NCBI GenBank assembly: GCA_963770565.1
Contig: CAVYQE010000002.1
Coordinates: forward strand, 1-64,000
Source of the DNA: an uncultured Actinomycetota bacterium
Lineage (GTDB): Bacteria; Actinomycetota; Actinomycetes; JAFAQI01
Reading direction: 5' to 3'
Length of the DNA stretch: 64,000 nt
Under the pieces are notes generated by a model, which was not told the origin of the DNA, did not search any database, and saw only the letters and a list, made by a program, of their open reading frames with translations. Shown here one piece after another: positions 26,716-36,166 of this stretch (positions within the stretch are counted from its first letter, which is position 1; each line of letters begins with the position of its first letter). The position numbers were made by a program, and so were the translations under genes.

Positions 26716-27662
26716 CGCCGAAGGTGGTCTGTCTCGGTCCGATCATTCTCGATGTCCTGGGCCGGCCCTGCCTCGAGCTACCGCCCGGGCAGCTCGGCCA
26801 GCGGATCTCCCAGATCCGGCTCACCGTCGCCGGCACCGGCGCGGGCACCGCGATCGACCTGGCGAAGCTCGATACCTCGGTCACCCTGCTCGGCGCGATC
26901 GGCAATGACGACGCGGGCGACTTCTTGCTCACCGTCCTCGGCCATTTCGAAGTGGACGTCTCACTTGTCCAGCGAACCGACGCCGCGCAGAGCTCGGCCT
27001 CGATGCTGCCGATCCGGCCGAACGGCGACCGCGGCGCCTACCACGTGGTGGGCGCAAACGCGCATCTCGCGCTCACTCCTGAGCTGCTCGCCACCGCGCT
27101 CGACGGTGCGTCGCACATCCATGTCGGCGGCGCCGAGTCGATGGGCGACTACATCCTCGAGGACTTTGCGATGACCCTGCGGACCGCCCGCGCGGCCGGC
27201 GTCACCACCAGCGTCGACGTACTCGCGTCCGGCTACGAAGACCACCAGCGCAAGGCCTTCCGCGACGCGATGCCGTTCGTCGACTACTTCCTGCCGAACG
27301 ACCAGCAGATCTGCGCGATCTATGACGTCGAGGACGTGGAAACCGCGGCGACGGCCGCCCTGCGGGACGGGGTCGGCGCGGTCGTGGTCGCGTGCGGGCC
27401 GGACGGTGCACTCCTGGCCCGCGGCGACGAGCGGGTCCGCGTGCCGGCGCTCGCGATCGAGGTGGTGGACACGACCGGCTGCGGCGACGCACTGAGCGCT
27501 GGCTTCATCCGAGCCAAGCTGATGGGCTGGGACGACGTCGAGGCGGCCCGGCTCGGCTGCACCGCCGGCAGTCTGGTCGCGACCGGGCTCGGCTCGGACG
27601 CCGGTCTGGTCGACCTCGCGTCGACGATCGAGCGCAGCCGCGAGCTCGCCTCCACCACCTAG
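26712..27662 (+). CDS. PfkB/ribokinase-family kinase
   Basis: AGTGAGTA, GAIGNDDAG, PN, DTTGCGD. Confidence 0.9.
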   Translation: MTPKVVCLGPIILDVLGRPCLELPPGQLGQRISQIRLTVAGTGAGTAIDLAKLDTSVTLLGAIGNDDAGDFLLTVLGHFEVDVSLVQRTDAAQSSASMLPIRPNGDRGAYHVVGANAHLALTPELLATALDGASHIHVGGAESMGDYILEDFAMTLRTARAAGVTTSVDVLASGYEDHQRKAFRDAMPFVDYFLPNDQQICAIYDVEDVETAATAALRDGVGAVVVACGPDGALLARGDERVRVPALAIEVVDTTGCGDALSAGFIRAKLMGWDDVEAARLGCTAGSLVATGLGSDAGLVDLASTIERSRELASTT

Positions 27663-27671
27663 CCTGTCGGC

Positions 27672-28283
27672 GTGACCGAACCGAGTCGCTGGGCGGCCGC
27701 GAACCGTACGACGGACGCCAAGGGATACGCCGCGCATTTCGCCGAGCTCGAATCGAGCGGGGTCGACATCCACGGCGAGGCGACTCTCGTGGCCTCGCTC
27801 GTCCCGCCCGGGACGCACGTGCTCGACGCCGGCTGCGGCACCGGGCGGGTCGCGATCCGCCTCGCCGAGCTCGGCTACCTCTGTGTCGGCGTCGACAACG
27901 ACGTGGCCATGCTCGGCGTGGCGCGGGCGGCTTCCGAGCAGGTGACCTGGCTGCTCGCGGACCTGCTCGACGTCGACCGGCTCGCCGAATCCTTCGACCT
28001 CGTGATCGCGGCCGGTAACGTCATCCCGTTGCTCGCGCCGGGCACCGAACCAACTGTGATCTCCGGGCTCGCGAATCGACTCGCGCCGGACGGTCTCCTG
28101 CTGGCCGGCTTCGGGCTCGACGCCGCCCACCTGCCGATCGCGGCCGCGCCGTTCGGTCTCGCCGAGTACGACGAGTGGTGCGCAGCCGCAGGACTCGACC
28201 TAGTCGACCGGTTCTCGACCTGGGACCGGGCGCCGTACGACAGCGGCCCCTACGCCGTGAACCTCCACCGCCGCCTGACCTGA
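27672..28283 (+). CDS. Class I SAM-dependent methyltransferase
   Basis: VLDAGCGTGR, GVD, AGNV. Confidence 0.88.
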   Translation: MTEPSRWAAANRTTDAKGYAAHFAELESSGVDIHGEATLVASLVPPGTHVLDAGCGTGRVAIRLAELGYLCVGVDNDVAMLGVARAASEQVTWLLADLLDVDRLAESFDLVIAAGNVIPLLAPGTEPTVISGLANRLAPDGLLLAGFGLDAAHLPIAAAPFGLAEYDEWCAAAGLDLVDRFSTWDRAPYDSGPYAVNLHRRLT

Positions 28284-28320
28284 TCACCAACGAGGCGGTC
28301 CACGTGCGAGGCTCGACACC

Positions 28321-28695
28321 ATGGATGCCCGCGACATACTCGGCCGCCTCGCAGAGGCGACGTCCCGTGGCGACCTCGCTGCAATCGACGCGCTGGGGAG
28401 CAACGAGCGACTGAACGAATCCTTTCGGCGATTGACGACGGCCTTTCCGGACGTCCACGTAGAGCTCGAGTGGACCGTCGAAGAGGGCTTACGGGTGGTG
28501 GGCTGGGCCCACATCACCGGGACCCACGGCGGAGTCTGGCGTGACCTGCAGCCAACGCATCGGACTATCGACGTGCACGGGATGATCGCACTCGAAGTCA
28601 CCAACGATGGAACGGTCCACGACTTCTGGCTCGTCAATGACTGGCTGGGAATCGCGACCCAGCTCGGCGTCCGTCTCGAACTGCCCGCTGACTGA
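28321..28695 (+). CDS. SnoaL-like/ester cyclase family protein
   Basis: AFPDVHV...GTHGG...PTHRTI...DWLG pattern. Confidence 0.75.
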   Translation: MDARDILGRLAEATSRGDLAAIDALGSNERLNESFRRLTTAFPDVHVELEWTVEEGLRVVGWAHITGTHGGVWRDLQPTHRTIDVHGMIALEVTNDGTVHDFWLVNDWLGIATQLGVRLELPAD

Positions 28696-28732
28696 CGAAC
28701 GGCAAGTCCTGAGCGGGGCCTGACGTCCGGTG

Positions 28733-29266
28733 TCAGCTCGGCGCGCGCCCGGTGTAGGCGAGCAGGCGCTGCTGCGGGGTTGAGTCGCCGTCAAGCGGAA
28801 TCTCGGGCTTGAACACGCCCTTGCGCTGCTCGTCCGTGAACCGGCCGTGGATCACGCCGTACGCGGCTTCGGCCAGGCCGTCGGGCATGGTGTCGTCCTG
28901 ACCGGTAGAGCGGGCGACATCCCACCCGTGCAGGAGCTGATCGGCGAAGGCGATGCCCAGTGCAGGGCCGGTCTTATCGATGACGCCGTCCTGACCGAAG
29001 ACCTCAAGAACCTGCAACCGCGTGCTCTTGAAGTCCCCCACCGGATCGTCGCTGAGCAAGTCCGGGGGATGAGGGCTCGGCAGCGAAGCGTCCTTGCCGA
29101 GCGCAGCATTGATGAAGTACTGCTGCGTCTCCAACATGTGGTTGAGCAGGTCACGCAGCTGCCACTCGTCACACGTCGTCGCCGTGTCGAGGTCGGCCGC
29201 GCCCGCGACCTTGCCGGCCGTCCAGTCGCTCGCCTGGCCGTACAGAATCAGCAGATCGGCATCCAT
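28733..29266 (-). CDS. TIGR03086 / MDMPI (DinB-like) metal-binding protein
   Basis: TTCDEWQLRDLLNH, LLHGWDVA, RLLAYTGR; GAGGAG RBS. Confidence 0.82.
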   Translation of the reverse strand: MDADLLILYGQASDWTAGKVAGAADLDTATTCDEWQLRDLLNHMLETQQYFINAALGKDASLPSPHPPDLLSDDPVGDFKSTRLQVLEVFGQDGVIDKTGPALGIAFADQLLHGWDVARSTGQDDTMPDGLAEAAYGVIHGRFTDEQRKGVFKPEIPLDGDSTPQQRLLAYTGRAPS

Positions 29267-29428
29267 GATGTCTCCTCTCACACCTGCTATACCCATCCGA
29301 GCACCAGTCTGTACCGCCCGCTAGTCCCAAGGGAGCCATCGATGGGTGCCCTCCGCAGGCATCCGTAGCGGACCGGCGTTAGCGTGGCGTCCACTGAGCG
29401 CCACGGACCGGACGGGGGGCCAGGTCGA

Positions 29429-30136
29429 ATGCTGAAGAAGCTGGTCGTGCCGGCGTCGCTGATCTGCCTCCTCATGGCTGGATGCGATACCGCTGGGTCG
29501 ACCGGCTTGCAGGCCAACGAGCCGCAGAGTCCGGGATCCCCATCGCCGGCAAGCTCGAGTCCGACCGTCGCGCCGACTCCCACAGCGACTCGCTCCGTCT
29601 ACCACCCGTTGGCGTGGGTGCAAACAAACGAGGCGGTATGCGTGTCGCTCATCAGAAGCAGCGACCCCGGGCGCGCGGTACGACTACTGACGAGCGGCGA
29701 CCTTCTCCCGCTGGCCGGGCCGGCAAACGCGGAGAACTGGATCGACACCGGCAGCTATGACCGCTACTGGATCGCAGTCGGTCGAGTGGGTAAGTGGACC
29801 TTCCTCTGGGAAGACAACGGATACGACGGCTCGCTACCGCGCATTGCCCGACGACTGTCGGTCGGCACGGTCTTCGCCTCGTTCTACTGGAACGTCAACT
29901 CGGACGAACAGTTCACCTACGCCTCCCACGGTCGGATCGTGCGGTCCTTCGACCCAATCCTCGACAAACGGAACGGCGGCGTCGGCGCCCCGCTCCCGGC
30001 CGAGGCGGGCCTGCATTGGAAGAGCGCGCCGGAGGTGTCCATGGTGCGGCTGCAGTCGTTGATCACGAGGCGACCGCTGGCGAATCCGGACTGGCTAAGG
30101 CGGCAGGGCGTGACCTTCTGGGGCTCACACCTGTAG
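29429..30136 (+). CDS. Lipoprotein, DUF6461-like
   Basis: Lipobox LMAGC, Ser/Pro/Thr linker, YWNVN...FTYASHG...FDP. Confidence 0.65.
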   Translation: MLKKLVVPASLICLLMAGCDTAGSTGLQANEPQSPGSPSPASSSPTVAPTPTATRSVYHPLAWVQTNEAVCVSLIRSSDPGRAVRLLTSGDLLPLAGPANAENWIDTGSYDRYWIAVGRVGKWTFLWEDNGYDGSLPRIARRLSVGTVFASFYWNVNSDEQFTYASHGRIVRSFDPILDKRNGGVGAPLPAEAGLHWKSAPEVSMVRLQSLITRRPLANPDWLRRQGVTFWGSHL

Positions 30137-30155
30137 CTGCCGAGGCGAAGCCGAC

Positions 30156-30268
30156 TTTCCCGTTTCAGCACACAACGACGTACTCGGGATCTCCCAAGTC
30201 GGTATGCGACGGCACGGCGGGGGCTGGAGTTCCGGCCGATGGCGAGTGTTGTGTGCTGAAACGGGAAA
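30156..30268. repeat. Intergenic element with perfect 21-bp terminal inverted repeats (MITE/REP-like, copy 1)
   Basis: TTTCCCGTTTCAGCACACAAC (30156-30176) / GTTGTGTGCTGAAACGGGAAA (30248-30268). Confidence 0.85.
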
Positions 30269-30279
30269 CGCGGGCGGAC

Positions 30280-31194
30280 TCAGAGCTTCAGGTCGTTGCC
30301 GACTGCGAAGCTGTGGCGCTCGCCGTCGGCAAGAAACGCGCCGACCGTCTCGTCGAGTTCGGCGACCGTCCAGGTGTCGCCAACCGACGCGAACGAGCGA
30401 TCGAGCGACGGTGCTTTCATCACGCCGACCTTTCCGCCGTACACGACGAAGACCTGACCGGTCACCTGGTCGGCGCCCCGGGTGCCGAGCCAGACCACCA
30501 GCGGTACGACGTGCTCGATCGCCCACGGGTCAACCTCGTCGCCCTCGGGCGCGGGCGGAAAGGTGGCCTCGGTCATCGCGGTCCTGGCGCGCGGTGCGAT
30601 CGCGTTGGCGCGGACACCGTAGCGGCCGCACCCGTGCGCGACCGACAATGTCAACGCCGCGATCCCGGCCTTCGCGGCCGAGTAGTTGGGCTGGCCGGGC
30701 GATCCGAACAGGAACGCCTCCGACGCGGTGTTGATCACCCGCGCCCACTGCGGCTCACCGGTGGTCTTGTTGCGATCCCGCCAGTACGCCGTCGCGGCCT
30801 GGCACGTCGCCGCGTGGCCACGCAGGTGCACCCGAAGCACGGTGTCCCACTCGTCCGCGCTCACCGAGAAGATCATTCGGTCGCGCAGGACCCCGGCGTT
30901 GTTCACCAACACGTTGAGATCGCCGTACGTCGCCACCGCGCGACCCACGAGCGAGGTCGCAAAGTCCCAGTCGCCGATGTCGCCGGGCGCGGCGATCGCC
31001 TCACCACCGGCGGCGGCAATCTCGGCCGCCACCGACTCCGCGGCGGCACCGATGTCGTTCACGACTACCTTCGCGCCGGCCGCCGCGAGCGCCAGCGCCT
31101 CGGCCCGGCCGAGCCCCACTCCCGCACCGGTGACCAGCGCGACCGCACCGGCGAGTTCGTCCCCCGCAAAGTGCGGGACGAGCGGTCGGCTCAT
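30280..31194 (-). CDS. SDR 3-hydroxyacyl-CoA dehydrogenase, ChsB1/Hsd4A (Rv3502c)-like
   Basis: TGAGVGLGRAEAL, NTASEA, NYSAAK, PRARTAMT, GQVFVVYG. Confidence 0.82.
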   Translation of the reverse strand: MSRPLVPHFAGDELAGAVALVTGAGVGLGRAEALALAAAGAKVVVNDIGAAAESVAAEIAAAGGEAIAAPGDIGDWDFATSLVGRAVATYGDLNVLVNNAGVLRDRMIFSVSADEWDTVLRVHLRGHAATCQAATAYWRDRNKTTGEPQWARVINTASEAFLFGSPGQPNYSAAKAGIAALTLSVAHGCGRYGVRANAIAPRARTAMTEATFPPAPEGDEVDPWAIEHVVPLVVWLGTRGADQVTGQVFVVYGGKVGVMKAPSLDRSFASVGDTWTVAELDETVGAFLADGERHSFAVGNDLKL

Positions 31195-32372
31195 CGATCG
31201 GCACCGAGCATCAGCGCGCTGGTCGGCACGCCGGTCCCCCCGGTCACCAGGACGTGCGCCGCGTCGGGTACCTGGTTCACCGATGTGCCGCGCACCTGGC
31301 GGACCGCCTCGGCAATGCCGTTCATGCCGTGCAGATAGGCCTCGCCGAGCTGCCCGCCGTGGGTGTTGATCGGCAGCCGGCCGCCGAGCTCGATCGCGCC
31401 GTCGGCGATGAAGTCCTTCGCCTCGCCGCGGCCGCAGAAGCCGAACTCCTCGAGCTGTGGCAGCACGAACGGCGTGAAGTGGTCGTAGAGCACCGCGGTC
31501 GCCACGTCGTCCGGCCCGAGCCCCGAGGTCTCCCAGATCTGGCGGGCGCAGGTGCTCATCTCCGGCAGCCCGACCAGCGACTCGCGGAAGAACGACCGCA
31601 TCATCTGCTGGTCGTCGGCCATCCCTTGCGCGGCGGCTTCGACGACGACCGCGGGCTTCTCCAGGTCGCGGGCCCGCTCCAGCGTGGTCACCAGGATCGC
31701 CTGGCCGCCGTCGGTCTCCTGGCAGCAGTCGAGCAGGTGCAGCGGCTCGACGATCCAGCGCGACGCTTGATGATCGGCTAGCGTGATCGGCTGACCGAAG
31801 AAGTGAGCGGCCGGGTTGGTCGCTGCGTGCTTGCGCGCGGCAACGGCGATCCGGCCGAAGTCCTCGCTGGTCACGCCGTACTCATGCATCATCCGGGTCG
31901 CGAACATCGCCACCCACGACGCGGGGGTCAACAGCCCGAACGGCGAGGTCCAAGCGAACTGCGCCGACTCCGCGGTCTCGCCAGCCGGCCGATCCTGGAC
32001 ACCGGCGCCGAACCGCCGGCCGGACCGCTCGTTGAACGCGCGATAACAGAGCACGAAATCGCTGACACCTGCCGTCACCGCCATCGCGGCGTACTGCACG
32101 GTCGCGCACGGCGCACCGCCACCGAAGTGGATCCGGCTGAAGTGCGTCAGCTCCTTGATCCCGAGGCCGCGCATGATCTCGGTCTCGGGGTTCGTCTCCA
32201 TCGTGAAGGTCGACAGGCCCGACACCTGATCCGGATCAACTCCGGCGTCGGCGCACGCAGCCACACAGGCCTCGAGCGCGAGCTGCAGCTCACTGCGTCC
32301 GGACGCTTTGGAGAACTCGGTCGCACCGATCCCGACAATCGCCGCGCGGCCGGCGTAGCTGTGCCGGGTCAT
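31191..32372 (-). CDS. ltp2: Lipid-transfer protein Ltp2 (thiolase-fold steroid side-chain aldolase)
   Basis: AAIVGIGATEFSK, YRAFNERSG, LLDCCQETDG, YDHFTPF, NTHGGQLGEAYLHG, GTGVPTS. Confidence 0.9.
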   Translation of the reverse strand: MTRHSYAGRAAIVGIGATEFSKASGRSELQLALEACVAACADAGVDPDQVSGLSTFTMETNPETEIMRGLGIKELTHFSRIHFGGGAPCATVQYAAMAVTAGVSDFVLCYRAFNERSGRRFGAGVQDRPAGETAESAQFAWTSPFGLLTPASWVAMFATRMMHEYGVTSEDFGRIAVAARKHAATNPAAHFFGQPITLADHQASRWIVEPLHLLDCCQETDGGQAILVTTLERARDLEKPAVVVEAAAQGMADDQQMMRSFFRESLVGLPEMSTCARQIWETSGLGPDDVATAVLYDHFTPFVLPQLEEFGFCGRGEAKDFIADGAIELGGRLPINTHGGQLGEAYLHGMNGIAEAVRQVRGTSVNQVPDAAHVLVTGGTGVPTSALMLGADR

Positions 32373-33794
32373 GACGGCAGCTCCAGCTCGACCGTGCCTT
32401 CGATGTGCGGACCGAGCTCGTTGCGGGCGGTGACCGTGACGGTGACCCGTCCGGACGCAGGATCGACCGTGTGCACCGAGCCGGTGAAGGTCAACGGCAA
32501 ATACGGGTACGCCGGTGCGCCGAGCCGCACCCGCAACGCCTTTACCAGCGTCTCGGGGCCGGCCCAATCGGTGACGAAGCGCTGCATGAGACCGAGCGAG
32601 GTGTTGATGTTGAGGAAGATGTCCGCCGAGCCCTTGCGCCTGGCCAGGTCGCGGTCGTGATGCACGTCCTGGAAGTCACGGGTCGCGAGCGCGCCGGACA
32701 CGATCAGCGTCGGCGTGACCGGCAGGACCCAGATCGGCATCTCGTCCCGGGCGCCGAGCGAGCCGGCCGTCATCGTGTCGGCCCGGCGCTCCGGCGTCTC
32801 CGGGCGGAACTGCGGCAGCGTGATCGCGCCTTGCGAGTCGGTCGCACCCTCGACGAGCGCCGGGTGGCTGTCGAGCCAGTCGACCTCCATCCGCATGCCG
32901 ATTCGCAGCTGTTCCGGGGCGAGCCCGACCAGGTCGGTGACGATCCGCGGACCTTCGTCGAGCTCGATCAACCCGACCGGCAGCGGGTAGCGGAAGCCCG
33001 GCACCTTGCGGGTGGTGCACCACGCTGAACGAGTAGAGCTGGCCCCCGCCGCCGGCCACGACGGACCCGAAGTCGAAGCCGCCGCAGGCGCTGCAGCGCG
33101 GCACCGGCGGCAGGCTGCCCATCCCGCAGCCGTTGCAGACCGGGATCCGCAGCTCGCGGTCGCGGTAGCCGGCCCAGATCATCGCGTTGTCCGCATTGAT
33201 CGCGGGCCGCGGTCGCAACGATGGCGTGGGATCCGGAGCAGTCGTCGCGTCGGTCGGGGTGGGCGCAGCACCGGTGCCCGGCTTGAACTTCAGGATCCGG
33301 AACAGCAGATCGCCCACGTGCTCGTCGTCGTCGGTCGTGTAGCGGTGGCGGGTCGTCACGAAGTGCCCAACGCCGAGCGCGGTCGGTTTCTCGGCGGTGA
33401 CGTCCTCGAGCGACTGCACGTTGCGCAGCACCTCGCCCGGTCGCAGATAGCGCTCGAGCACCAACTCACTGTTGACCGCAACGACGCCGACGAAGCCGGC
33501 CGTCTCGAGCAGTTCCATCACCTTCGACCGGGGATCGGTGCCCCGCCCCGACGCTCCCGACTGCCCCGGCAGCCCGGCCCGGTCCCAGATGTCGAGGGTG
33601 GCCGGCGGGGCGACCACACCGCCGTGCACACTGCGAGCCGCGAAGGATGGGTCGGAGTAGCTGGGGTTGCCGTCACCGATGGCGTCACACCAGTCGGCGA
33701 TCGCGGCGGTCGTGATCGGATGCCGGGCGACGTGCACGGGACCTTGCTGGCCGACGAACTCGCGCAGCGCCCTGACCAGCTCTGCCGAGGTCAT
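32369..33794 (-). CDS. chsH2: ChsH2(MaoC-DUF35)-ChsH1(MaoC) fusion hydratase, with a +1 frameshift near 33006
   Basis: N-terminal MaoC (WCDAIGDGNP, APPA), CNGC...CSAC Zn ribbon and OB-fold, continuing without a stop into the ChsH1 signature ALATRDFQDVHHDRD. Confidence 0.8.
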
Positions 33795-33896
33795 TGACCG
33801 CTGAATCCCTTCGTCACCGTGCGCCGGGTCGGACTCTGGCCGCGGGTCTGATCCAGGTACTTACATTTCGAGCCTCGTACTAATGTATCTCCCACA

Positions 33897-35084
33897 ATGC
33901 AGCTCGACGACTGCGCGGAAGAGCGAGCTCTGCGCGCTCGGCTGCGCGACTATTTCACCACCCTGATCACGCCCGAGACCGCCGATTCGCTCGGTGCGCC
34001 CGGCGAGAATGCGGCTGCCTTCCGCGCGGTCATCCGCCGGCTCGGAGCCGACGGCTGGCTGGGGTTCGGCTGGCCCACCGAGTACGGCGGCCAGGGCCGA
34101 TCGGCAACCGAGCAGTACATCGTCTTCGACGAGATCCAGCGGGCCGGGGTGCCGTTCCCGTTTGTGACGATCAACACGGTCGGCCCGACGATCATGCGAT
34201 TCGGCACCGACGAGCAGAAGGCCCGCTTCCTGCCCCCGATCCTCGCTGGCGAGCTGAACGCGGCGATCGGCTACACCGAGCCGTCGGCCGGCACCGACCT
34301 CGCGTCACTGCGCACCACCGGCCGCCTCGACGGTGCCGAGTGGGTGATCAACGGCAGCAAGATCTTCACCTCCGGCGCCAACCAGGCCGACTACATCTGG
34401 CTGGCCTGCCGGACCGAGCCAGACGCCGACAAGCACGCCGGCCTGTCGATCATCATGGTGCCGACCGACTCCCCGGGCTTCCGCTGTACGCCGATCGTGA
34501 CCGTCGGCGACATCGTCACGACGACGACGTACTACGACGACGTCCACGTGCCCGCCGGCAACCTGATCGGTGAGCGCGGCGGCGGCTGGCGGATGATCAC
34601 CACGCAGCTCAACCATGAGCGGGTCGGCCTGGCCGCGCTGGGCGGCGCGGCGTGGCGGCTGTGGGGCGAGGTCGGCGCGTGGGCCCGGCAGACCCCGGTG
34701 AGCGGCGACTCCGGTGACGCGCGAGTCGGCGACCTGCCGTGGGTGCGCGCCGATCTGGCCGACTGCTATGTGCGGCTCGAGGCGATGAAGCTGATCAACC
34801 GCCGGCTCGTGACCGCCGCCGCGGCCGAATCGCTCGCACCGGCCGATGCCTCGACCGCGAAGTTCTACGGCACCGAGACCCACGTCCACGTCTATCGCAA
34901 GCTGCTCGGCATCCTCGGGGCGGCTGGCTGGCTGCGCGGCGACTCCCCCGGGGCGGCGTTGCAGGGTCGGGTCGAGCGGGCCGGCCGCAGTGCCCAGATC
35001 AACACCTTCGGCGGCGGGGTCAACGAGGTGCAGCGCGAGATCGTCGCGGCCAGTGGCCTGCTGATGGCGCGACGAGCCCGATGA
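33897..35084 (+). CDS. Acyl-CoA dehydrogenase, FadE29/FadE26 (ChsE2/ChsE4)-like
   Basis: IGYTEPSAGTDLASLRT, QLNHERV, TFGGGVNEVQRE. Confidence 0.88.
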   Translation: MQLDDCAEERALRARLRDYFTTLITPETADSLGAPGENAAAFRAVIRRLGADGWLGFGWPTEYGGQGRSATEQYIVFDEIQRAGVPFPFVTINTVGPTIMRFGTDEQKARFLPPILAGELNAAIGYTEPSAGTDLASLRTTGRLDGAEWVINGSKIFTSGANQADYIWLACRTEPDADKHAGLSIIMVPTDSPGFRCTPIVTVGDIVTTTTYYDDVHVPAGNLIGERGGGWRMITTQLNHERVGLAALGGAAWRLWGEVGAWARQTPVSGDSGDARVGDLPWVRADLADCYVRLEAMKLINRRLVTAAAAESLAPADASTAKFYGTETHVHVYRKLLGILGAAGWLRGDSPGAALQGRVERAGRSAQINTFGGGVNEVQREIVAASGLLMARRAR

Positions 35085-36166
35085 GCCTCGAGCCCGACGA
35101 GACTCAGCATCAGCTGCGCGAGCTCGCCGGCCAGATCCTCGCCGGCCGCGCCGCGACCGATCGCGTCGCGCAGATCGAGTCCACCGCAGATCGGTTCGAC
35201 CGCGAGCTGTGGCACGAGCTGGCCGCTGCGGGCCTGCTCGGCGTCGTCGTTCCCGAGGCGTTCGGAGGGCTCGGATTCGGCTCGGTGGAGCTCGGTCTTG
35301 TCGCCGAGGAGCTCGGCCGGGTGGTCGCGCCGATACCGCTGGTGGCGACCCTCTGTGGCGCCTACCTGATCGCCACGATCGGTGATTCCGACCAGCAGCA
35401 CCAATGGCTGCCCCTTGTCGCTGACGGTTCGGCGGTCATCGCCCTCGCCGCACCGCAGTCGGTCGCCGCGATCCGACGCGACGGCAACCAGATCTCCGGC
35501 GAGCTGGTCGGGGTCGCCTGGGCGCACGTTGCCGACCTCCTGTTGCTTCCGATCGGCGACGCGGTCGTGGCGATCGACCCGGCCGCCGAGGGCGTGACCG
35601 CCGAGCGAGGAGTGACCACCGCTCGTGAGGTCGCACTGAGCCTGCACCTCGACGGCGTCGTGGCCGAACAGATCGGCGGCGACGGCGCGGCCACCTGGTT
35701 GCGATACCGATGGCTGGCCGCCCTTGCCGCGCTGCAGGCCGGAGTGACCGACGCCGCGCTTCGGATGACCGCGGCCTACACCTCGCATCGCGAACAGTTC
35801 GGCAAGCCGCTGTCGACCTTTCAGGCGGTTGCCCTCAAGGCCGCCGACGGCTATCTCGACACCACGGCGATCCGCTCCTGCGCCCGACAGGCGGCGCTGA
35901 TGCTCGACGCCGAACCGGAGTCGGATCCGACGCTCGCGGTTCTCACCGCGGCGTGGTGGGCGGCGGAGGGCGGTCAACACTGCGTCCATCTGACCCAGCA
36001 TCTGCACGGCGGGATGGGCGCCGATATCACTTACCCCGTGCACCGATATTTCTTGTGGGGCAAGCAAACCGAGCTGCTGGTCGGCGGCGCGTCAGCACTG
36101 CTCGCCGAGATCGGTGACGCGCTCGCCGACCGACCCGACGCCGGCGATGCCGTTGCCCTGGACTGA
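35081..36166 (+). CDS. Acyl-CoA dehydrogenase, FadE28/FadE27 (ChsE1/ChsE5)-like partner
   Basis: REQFGKPLSTFQAV and HLHGGMGADITYPVHRY; ATGA overlap. Confidence 0.88.
   Translation: MSLEPDETQHQLRELAGQILAGRAATDRVAQIESTADRFDRELWHELAAAGLLGVVVPEAFGGLGFGSVELGLVAEELGRVVAPIPLVATLCGAYLIATIGDSDQQHQWLPLVADGSAVIALAAPQSVAAIRRDGNQISGELVGVAWAHVADLLLLPIGDAVVAIDPAAEGVTAERGVTTAREVALSLHLDGVVAEQIGGDGAATWLRYRWLAALAALQAGVTDAALRMTAAYTSHREQFGKPLSTFQAVALKAADGYLDTTAIRSCARQAALMLDAEPESDPTLAVLTAAWWAAEGGQHCVHLTQHLHGGMGADITYPVHRYFLWGKQTELLVGGASALLAEIGDALADRPDAGDAVALD

Noticed and set aside
28720-28736. CTGACG...GTCAG resembling the regulon operator
   Set aside because: Spacing is 2 bp longer and it lies between convergent stop codons, not at a promoter
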